A stretch of DNA of 43,406 nucleotides from Candidatus Velthaea sp. GTDB lineage: Bacteria; Vulcanimicrobiota; Vulcanimicrobiia; Vulcanimicrobiales; Vulcanimicrobiaceae. Both the position numbers and the translations under genes were made by a program. Within the stretch, counting starts at the first letter, position 1, and each line of letters opens with the position of its first letter. Positions 37,116 to 43,406 of this stretch are shown here, piece after piece. The stretch is taken from the NCBI GenBank assembly GCA_050012475.1, contig JBEKHC010000037.1, positions 1-43,406 on the forward strand. The letters run 5' to 3'. A model generated the notes under the pieces. That model was not told the origin of the DNA and did no database searches. It saw nothing but the letters and a program-made list of their open reading frames with translations.

Positions 37116-37135
37116 GAAAATTGCAATGGAAGCCG
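36998..37135 (+). ncRNA. Putative omegaRNA (reRNA) scaffold plus flank-derived guide
   Basis: Stems 37019-26/37031-38, 37052-59/37104-11 and 37079-88/37094-103 overlap the tnpB 3' end and finish at TTCAA(C). Boundaries approximate. Confidence 0.6.
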
Positions 37136-37352
37136 CCGCCGCCGTCGTCGTCGGTCGCGCGGATTTGGTGGTGTCATAGTTCTCGGGCGCTCGTAGCCTT
37201 GCCGATGACGAGCGCCCCTTCCGCAACGATGCCGCCGCCGATCCCCGTCCCCCGCGTGAGCAGGACGAAGTTGGGGGCTCCGCGGCCCGCTCCGTGCGTG
37301 TGCCGCCAAGCGTTGCGCAGCGCGCATCGTTGGCGATGAATACCGACCGATT
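37119..37352 (-). pseudogene. ROK-family sugar kinase pseudogene, middle part
   Basis: VFIANDARCATLG, frameshift, then GAGRGAPNFVLLTRGTGIGGGIV...EL*HHQIR...GFHCN. Confidence 0.85.
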
Positions 37353-37550
37353 GAAGCGCTGTTTTGCCAGCCGGGCACTTCTGTTGCACGGTAAAGCTCT
37401 CAGCGATTTATTGGTAGCTCGCCATGTTAGGCCTTATGCGGTAGACAGAACGTGCTCGGTCGGACGGCTTGCAATTTAATCGTCCGCTCCTCGCAGGGTG
37501 ACAGTGCGTGATCGCACCTGGCCACGAAAGTGAAGTCCAACATGCCAGCC

Positions 37551-37576
37551 GGTTTACGAAGACTTACTCCGGGTAT
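37551..37576 (+). promoter_or_regulatory. SigB/SigF-type general-stress promoter candidate
   Basis: GTTTAC-N13-GGGTAT upstream of trehalose genes, with a second GGGTAT at 37592. Confidence 0.5.
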
Positions 37577-37629
37577 CACGTCCTAACTTTTGGGTATTTC
37601 AGAAGTCCGGTCGAAAGACGGGTGCGGAG

Positions 37630-37866
37630 ATGGCATTTCAGGGGGCGATCTTTGACGCCGAGGGCGTGCTGGTCGATTCGCCGCACGAGTTAGCGCGGCG
37701 CGACATGCGCGATTGCAGTATCTTCGCGCCGGACCGTTTCACGCCGGCCGTCCGCCACGAGCTGAGTTCGCGGGCCGGGGATGCTCCGATCAAGATCCAC
37801 GTCCGCGGCGAAACGGCCGTTCTGGCGACCGGCGCGCAAGCGCGGTTTGCGCTGCAGGCGTCGTGA
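37630..37866 (+). pseudogene. Deletion chimera of a HAD (beta-phosphoglucomutase-like) N-terminus and a GH65-like C-terminus
   Basis: MAFQGAIFDAEGVLVDSPHELA (degenerate DxDG motif I) joined to APIKIHVRGETAVL...F.L. Only 78 aa. Its stop overlaps the otsB start. Confidence 0.6.
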
Positions 37867-38666
37867 CGACGCGAACGCTCGCCGACGAGGCGTACGGGTT
37901 ATCGCAACGAGCGAGCGAAGTCGCGTTGTGCCTCGATTTCGACGGAACGCTCGCGCCGATCGTCGAGAATCCCGAAGAGGCGCGACCGCTAACCGGCGTG
38001 CTCGACGTGCTCGCGACGCTCGCCAAGCGGTTTGCCGCGGTTGCCGTCGTTTCGGGCCGGCCAGCGGCCTATCTCGCCGAACACGCACTGGCCCCCGGGG
38101 TTCGGTATCTCGGGCTCTACGGGCTGCAAGAGATTTACGACGATCGCATTTGGGTGGACGAACGTCTGAGGGCGGGCCAGCCGGCCGTGGTCGCTGCAGC
38201 CGGCGATCTGCGCAACGCGCCGGCCGTCACGGCGAGCGGCGCGTTTCTCGAAGATAAAACGTATGCGGTGGCCGTGCACACGCGGCGCGTCCCGGAGCCC
38301 GAACGTTGGGCGGCTGCACTGGACGCGGCGGTGCGCGACATCGCTGCGCGCCGCGGCCTCGAAGTCATTGCCGGCCGGCTGGTCTGGGAACTTCGACCGG
38401 CGGTCAAGGGGGATAAAGGCGACGCGGTGCGGCGGGTCGTCGCCGATTCCAATGCGCGTGCCGTGGTGGTGATCGGCGACGACCTCGGCGATTTGCCGGC
38501 GTTCGCTGCCGCGCGTGCGCTGGTACTCGATGGTCACGGAGGATTGCGGATCGCCGTTCGTTCCGCGGAGGCGCCGGCGCAATTGCTGCGTGAGGCGGAT
38601 ATCGTGGTCGACGGACCACTGGGCGTACGAGATTTTCTGGAGTTGTTGGTCGCGGATTCATACTGA
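37863..38666 (+). CDS. otsB: Trehalose-6-phosphate phosphatase
   Basis: LDFDGTLAPIV, VSGR, EDK...VHTR, ELRP...KG, IGDDLGD. Confidence 0.93.
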   Translation: MTTRTLADEAYGLSQRASEVALCLDFDGTLAPIVENPEEARPLTGVLDVLATLAKRFAAVAVVSGRPAAYLAEHALAPGVRYLGLYGLQEIYDDRIWVDERLRAGQPAVVAAAGDLRNAPAVTASGAFLEDKTYAVAVHTRRVPEPERWAAALDAAVRDIAARRGLEVIAGRLVWELRPAVKGDKGDAVRRVVADSNARAVVVIGDDLGDLPAFAAARALVLDGHGGLRIAVRSAEAPAQLLREADIVVDGPLGVRDFLELLVADSY

Positions 38667-38696
38667 CGGCGACGCGTCGCCGCAAAGGAGCAATCG

Positions 38697-40142
38697 ATGA
38701 AAGAGAGCTTGCGGAAGCCGGTCATCCCAAGCATTCGCGAGAGCGACGAAGAGCGGCCGCAAAACGGGGCAGTCATCTTGTTGGCTTCCGTGGCGGCGCT
38801 GGGCGGATTTCTGTTTGGTTACGATAGCGCCGTCATCAACGGCGCGGTGAGCGCGATCGGCACCGCATTCACCGCCAGCGCGGCGGCCCTCGGGCTGACC
38901 GTTTCGTCGGCGTTGCTCGGGGCTGCTGCCGGTGCATTATCGGCCGGGCGGGTGGCCGACCATTACGGCCGCTTATACGCCATGCGCCTGGCCGCGGTCT
39001 TGTTTCTGATCAGCGCGATCGGTTCGGGGCTCGCCAATTCGCTGGTGCTGCTGGCAATTTTCCGCGTCGTCGGCGGCGTAGCTGTCGGCATAGCGTCGGT
39101 GATCGCACCGGCGTATATCGCCGAAATCGCGCCAGCCGCGATCCGCGGACGCTTGGGTTCGCTGCAGCAGCTCGCGATCGTGTCGGGCATCTTTCTGTCG
39201 CTGCTCGTCGACTACGGCATCGCCGCCGCTGCCGGCGGCTCGAAGGTGCCGTGGGCCTTGGGTTTGGAGGCCTGGCGCTGGATGTTCATTGCGATGACGA
39301 TCCCGGCTCTGGTCTATGGCGTCTTGTCGCTCACGATCCCCGAATCGCCGCGCCACTTGCTGGCCAAAGGCCGCATCGACGAAGCGCGTGAGGTCCTCAA
39401 ACGGGTTCTCGGCGAGCGCGGACTCACTGCAAAAATAACCCAGATCCGCGAATCGTTAGCGCAAGACAAGGAACCGAGCTGGGCCGATTTGCGCGGTCCC
39501 ACAATGGGTTTGCTCCCGGTGGTCTGGATCGGCATCGGCTTGTCGGTTTTCCAGCAGTTCGTCGGCATCAACGTGATCTTCTATTACTCGAGCGTTCTGT
39601 GGGAGTCGGTCGGATTCTCGGAAAACAACTCGCTCATCATCACGGTCATCACGAGCGTGGTGAACGTAGTCACCACGCTCGTCGCGATCTCGCTGATCGA
39701 TCGGTGGGGACGCCGGCCGCTGCTGCTGACCGGATCGGTCGGGATGGCGATCACGCTGGGGATCATGGCGTTCGTGTTCGCACAGGCGCCGCTCGACGCG
39801 CAGGGTCAGCCGCATTTGCAAGGGATCAGCGGTCCGATCGCGCTCTTGGCGGCCAACGTCTACGTGTTTGCGTTCGGTATGTCGTGGGGCCCAGTGGTCT
39901 GGGTTCTGCTCGGTGAGAAGTTCCCCAACTCCATCCGCGCGGCGGCGCTTTCCGTGGCGGCTGGTGCGCAATGGATCGCGAACTGGGTCATCTCCACGAC
40001 CTTCCCGTCGCTCAAGAACGCCGGTCTGGGCCTCGCCTACGGCGTGTACACGTTCTTTGCGCTCCTGTCGATCTATTTCGTCTGGAAGTACGTGCGTGAG
40101 AGCAAGGGCCAAGAGCTGGAAGACATGACCAGCGGCGGTTAG
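38697..40142 (+). CDS. Sugar porter family MFS transporter (GlcP-like)
   Basis: GGFLFGYD, DHYGR, YIAEIAP..RG, PESPR, QQFVGINVIFYY, WGPVVW, ESKG. Confidence 0.96.
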   Translation: MKESLRKPVIPSIRESDEERPQNGAVILLASVAALGGFLFGYDSAVINGAVSAIGTAFTASAAALGLTVSSALLGAAAGALSAGRVADHYGRLYAMRLAAVLFLISAIGSGLANSLVLLAIFRVVGGVAVGIASVIAPAYIAEIAPAAIRGRLGSLQQLAIVSGIFLSLLVDYGIAAAAGGSKVPWALGLEAWRWMFIAMTIPALVYGVLSLTIPESPRHLLAKGRIDEAREVLKRVLGERGLTAKITQIRESLAQDKEPSWADLRGPTMGLLPVVWIGIGLSVFQQFVGINVIFYYSSVLWESVGFSENNSLIITVITSVVNVVTTLVAISLIDRWGRRPLLLTGSVGMAITLGIMAFVFAQAPLDAQGQPHLQGISGPIALLAANVYVFAFGMSWGPVVWVLLGEKFPNSIRAAALSVAAGAQWIANWVISTTFPSLKNAGLGLAYGVYTFFALLSIYFVWKYVRESKGQELEDMTSGG

Positions 40143-40150
40143 CATTGGCG

Positions 40151-40184
40151 GGCGCCGGTGAAGCGAAGAGGCTTCGCCGGCGCC
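40151..40184 (+). terminator. Hairpin after the sugar porter
   Basis: GGCGCCGGTGAAGC-N6-GCTTCGCCGGCGCC. Confidence 0.6.
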
Positions 40185-40330
40185 GCTGCGGTTTGCCGGG
40201 ACGCCCAGCGGGTCGCTCCCGGTAATTTATTGTAACGAGATGAGAGTTTCGGAGCCGGCGGCCCACCGGCGTCACCTTCATCCGGGCGGCGAGTATCGGC
40301 GGCATCATACGCTCTCAGGAGTTCTGTATC

Positions 40331-41530
40331 GTGCAACGTCGTTTTCCGCATCCGGCTCCGGTCTCGCTCGCGCTGACCGCCGTTGCCGGCCTGGCTTTTT
40401 TCTCGTATACGCTCGCCAACGGACACCTAGCGGCACCGGTGCGTGCCGCCGACTTGCCCGACGCCGGCAGCGATCAAGCGCACATCACCGCGGCCGTCAA
40501 ACGCGACAAACCATCGGTCGTCGCGCTCGAGGTTTCGATCAACGGCACCCGTTACGTGCCGATCGACCCGTTCGGCAACACCGAACCGCAGGCAGTCGAA
40601 GGCCGTGCATCGGGATCGGGCTTCGTGTACGACGCTTCGGGCACGATCGTCACCAACGCCCATGTCATCTCGCCGCCCAACGGCGCTCACGTCGAGAAGA
40701 TCGACGTGCTTTTCGCGAACGGCGATCGAGTTCCGGGACACGTTACCGCGGTCGATCGCAACGCCGATCTTGCGCTGGTCAAAGTCGACGGCTATGCGAA
40801 ATTGCCGCCGGCGCTGGCGTTGGGCGACTCCACAAAGCTCCAAGCCGGACAATGGGCGATCGCGATCGGCGAACCGTTCGAACTCCGGCAAACCGTGACG
40901 GTCGGCGTCGTCTCCGGCTTCGACCGTTCCGAGCCGATCGACGATGAGAACGGCGGCCACCACGTCTTCAAAGGTCTCTTGCAAACATCGGCGCCGATCA
41001 ATCCCGGCAACTCCGGCGGACCGCTCATTGATATGGACGGCCGTGTCATCGGCATCAATCAATCGGTTGCGGGCGGGGCGCAAGGCATCGGGTTCGCGAT
41101 CCCGGTCGATACGATCCGCACGGACGTCACCGCGCTGCTTTCCGGCGCGGCGCCGGCGGACGCGGGAGCGGCTCCCGCAAGCACGGCGTTCATCGGCGTC
41201 CAACTCGCGCCGCTTGCCGCGTTGCGTTCCGAGATCAACTATGACGGAACGGGCGGTGTGGCCGTGCAGGCGGTGACCGCGGGCGGCCCGGCCGATACGT
41301 CGGGGATCGCGCCCGGTGACGTTATCGAACAGATCGATGGCCGCGCGGTCGACTCGCCGGAGTCCGCCGCAGCTGCGATCCACGCGCATCAACCCGGCCA
41401 AACGGTTCGCTTGCACATCTGGCACGCCGGTTCCGAAAGTTCGGTCGCGGTTCAAACGACGAGCCCGCCGCAAGTCGGGCTCGCCGCACCCGACCAAGAT
41501 GGAGGCGGTTCGAGCGGCGACGATTCGTAG
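40331..41530 (+). CDS. HtrA/DegP-like serine protease with one PDZ domain
   Basis: GSGF, TNAHV, DLAL, INPGNSGGPL, C-terminal PDZ. Confidence 0.95.
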   Translation: MQRRFPHPAPVSLALTAVAGLAFFSYTLANGHLAAPVRAADLPDAGSDQAHITAAVKRDKPSVVALEVSINGTRYVPIDPFGNTEPQAVEGRASGSGFVYDASGTIVTNAHVISPPNGAHVEKIDVLFANGDRVPGHVTAVDRNADLALVKVDGYAKLPPALALGDSTKLQAGQWAIAIGEPFELRQTVTVGVVSGFDRSEPIDDENGGHHVFKGLLQTSAPINPGNSGGPLIDMDGRVIGINQSVAGGAQGIGFAIPVDTIRTDVTALLSGAAPADAGAAPASTAFIGVQLAPLAALRSEINYDGTGGVAVQAVTAGGPADTSGIAPGDVIEQIDGRAVDSPESAAAAIHAHQPGQTVRLHIWHAGSESSVAVQTTSPPQVGLAAPDQDGGGSSGDDS

Positions 41531-41566
41531 CTGCTGCACCCAACAGTCGCGCCCGCAGCGTCGCTT

Positions 41567-43132
41567 TCATACGTTGAGTACGCCGCGGGTAGCCGCCGCA
41601 TCGAGATCGGCTTGAAGTCGCCGCAACACCACATTGTCGATTTCGCCGCGCTCGCGCATCTGGATGATCGCATTTCGCTGAGCAGCGATCAATTCACGTT
41701 CGACTTCAACGTGCTGCGCCGCATGATGATCCGCGTCGCCTTGCTGCAAGTCGCGCTTGTGCGTGAATTTTGCCCGCAGTGCTTCGGCGTGATCGGCGTC
41801 GATCCGGCCGTCGGTTTCGAGCTCGTCGATCCGCGCCAGCGCTGCTTCGGAACTTGCGATGAGCGCCCGCCGCATCTCGTCTTGCTCTTCGGTGCCGCCT
41901 TCGACGTGCAGCCAGCGGACGACGGAGGGCAGCGTGAGGCCGCCGCCGACGAGCGTTACCAAGATGACGGAAAACGTCACGAAGATGATGAGGTCGCGTT
42001 CGGGGAACGGCGTGCCGTTGGGAAGCAGCAGGGGGATCGCTAACGCCGCGGCCAACGAGACCGCGCCGCGCAAGCCAGACCAGGCGACGATCAGCGCGTG
42101 CTTCCAGTCGGGAGCCGCATGGTCGGCCGGCGCGACCGTGGGCGCATACTCGCCTAGGACGGCTAATGCCAATCGGACGATGATGAGCACGGCGTTGACG
42201 GCCGCCGCGTAGCCGATCACCAGTTGCCAGGGGTGGTTGCGAAAAGCGGTCAGCGCCACATCGTGAAGCTGGAGACCCACGACCAGAAAAAGCGCCGTGT
42301 TGGCCAGAAAAACGACGGTGTTCCAGAAGCCGACGATTTGTGTGCGCGCGGCGGCGGTCATGACCCGGGGATTGCGGCGGTTGACGTACACGCCGGCGGT
42401 CACCACTGCGAGGACGCCCGACAGGCCGAGCTTCTCCGCCGGAAGGTAGGCCACGAACGGCAGCACGACGGAGATCACGCTTTGCAGCTGCTGATCTTTG
42501 ATGCGCCGCCAAAGCTCGACGCCCAACCAGCCCGCGGCGTAGCCCAGCGCGAGCGATCCGGCAACGGTGCCGACGAAGCCCAGCAGCGATTGCCCCGGCG
42601 CGAATGCGCCGGTCGAAACGGCACTGACGGCGGCCGCGTAAATCACCAGCGCGGTGGCATCGTTGAGCAGGCTCTCGCCGTCGATGATCGCGATCACGTG
42701 CCGTGGCAGCCGGAAATATTCGAGGACGGGAACGGCGGCGAGTTCATCCGTTGGCGATACGATCGCGCCCAGGACGAACGCGGCCGCCCACGACATGCCG
42801 GGGATGACCGCGTGCGCGACGCCGGCGACCGCGATCGTCGTAGCGACGACTAGCCCGATTGCAAGCAAACCGATTTGCCCGGCATTCTCGAGCATGACGT
42901 CGGTCGGCGCCGTAATCGATTCCCAATACAACAGCGGCGGCAGGAAGATCAGCAACACCACGTTGGGATCGAGCTGGATTTTCGGCAAACCCGGAACGAA
43001 CCCCAGAAACAGCCCGGCGACGACGAGCACGATCGGATACGAAATGTTGACCCGCTTCGCGAGCGCGACCAGCGGAACGATGGTGACGAGCAACGCCACC
43101 AGGACGAAGATGATGGAGTCAGTTGCGATCAT
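41567..43132 (-). CDS. CPA1 family Na+/H+ antiporter
   Basis: FLPPLL, LGAIVSPTD, GESLLNDATAL, SGVLAVV, GLRGAVSLAAAL. Confidence 0.95.
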   Translation of the reverse strand: MIATDSIIFVLVALLVTIVPLVALAKRVNISYPIVLVVAGLFLGFVPGLPKIQLDPNVVLLIFLPPLLYWESITAPTDVMLENAGQIGLLAIGLVVATTIAVAGVAHAVIPGMSWAAAFVLGAIVSPTDELAAVPVLEYFRLPRHVIAIIDGESLLNDATALVIYAAAVSAVSTGAFAPGQSLLGFVGTVAGSLALGYAAGWLGVELWRRIKDQQLQSVISVVLPFVAYLPAEKLGLSGVLAVVTAGVYVNRRNPRVMTAAARTQIVGFWNTVVFLANTALFLVVGLQLHDVALTAFRNHPWQLVIGYAAAVNAVLIIVRLALAVLGEYAPTVAPADHAAPDWKHALIVAWSGLRGAVSLAAALAIPLLLPNGTPFPERDLIIFVTFSVILVTLVGGGLTLPSVVRWLHVEGGTEEQDEMRRALIASSEAALARIDELETDGRIDADHAEALRAKFTHKRDLQQGDADHHAAQHVEVERELIAAQRNAIIQMRERGEIDNVVLRRLQADLDAAATRGVLNV

Positions 43133-43255
43133 CGGGTTGTCATAGGATTACGGCTTATCGCCGAGGTTTCATCCGAAATCGCACGAGCCGTGACATTTGA
43201 AGCGGTTGGGCGGCTGGTTGCCGAGTGCGGCATGATCCCAATCGCGGCGTCCGGA

Positions 43256-43406
43256 ATGACCGACGGTATGGCGCGCTCGGCAAAGCTGGGTATCTCTCCG
43301 ATCTCGTGGACGAACGATGACTTGCCGCAGCTTGGCGGTGATACGCCGCTGTCGACGTGTTTGGCCGAGTCTCGAGAAGCGGGCTTTCTGGGAACGGAAA
43401 TGGGCG
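43256..43406 (+). CDS. iolE: myo-inosose-2 dehydratase, 5' end (truncated by the window)
   Basis: Own translation: MTDGMARSAKLGISPISWTNDDLPQLGGDTPLSTCLAESREAGFLGTEMG. Confidence 0.9.
   Translation, partial: MTDGMARSAKLGISPISWTNDDLPQLGGDTPLSTCLAESREAGFLGTEMG

Noticed and set aside
1..43406. tRNA, rRNA, CRISPR-cas or prophage genes
   Set aside because: None recognised by eye. tRNAscan and Infernal runs would be needed to exclude them fully.

Overview
High-GC bacterial chromosomal window. The gene styles suggest a soil organism such as Eremiobacterota/Vulcanimicrobiota, but this is inference only. About 35 intact genes: a PLP enzyme (partial), cNMP-thioredoxin-reductase-like fusion, tautomerase, GNAT, phytochrome-like diguanylate cyclase with degenerate bilin motifs, NCS2 purine permease, bluB, a [NiFe]-hydrogenase maturation block (hypA-protease-hypC-hypD-hypE-glutaredoxin-like) with no structural genes, ketose 3-epimerase, a sugar ABC transporter, an NMO/FabK-like flavoprotein with fabI, an esterase-SDR fusion with a Baeyer-Villiger monooxygenase, PAS-GGDEF-EAL, tyrosine phosphatase, gnd, otsB, sugar porter, HtrA, Na+/H+ antiporter and iolE (partial). 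The intergenic DNA holds many gene relics: PhyH, an NCS2 5' end, an NHL-repeat protein, an epimerase fragment, a serine resolvase with its res-like site, a ROK kinase split by a catalytically intact TnpB element, and a HAD/GH65 deletion chimera. Best novelty candidates: an unassigned ~210-nt highly structured RNA-like element (22520-22730), the bilin-motif-less phytochrome-DGC, a hypE lacking a canonical start and in frame behind the hypD stop, and the TnpB/omegaRNA element. No CRISPR array, tRNA or rRNA was found. All family assignments come from motif recognition, not database searches.
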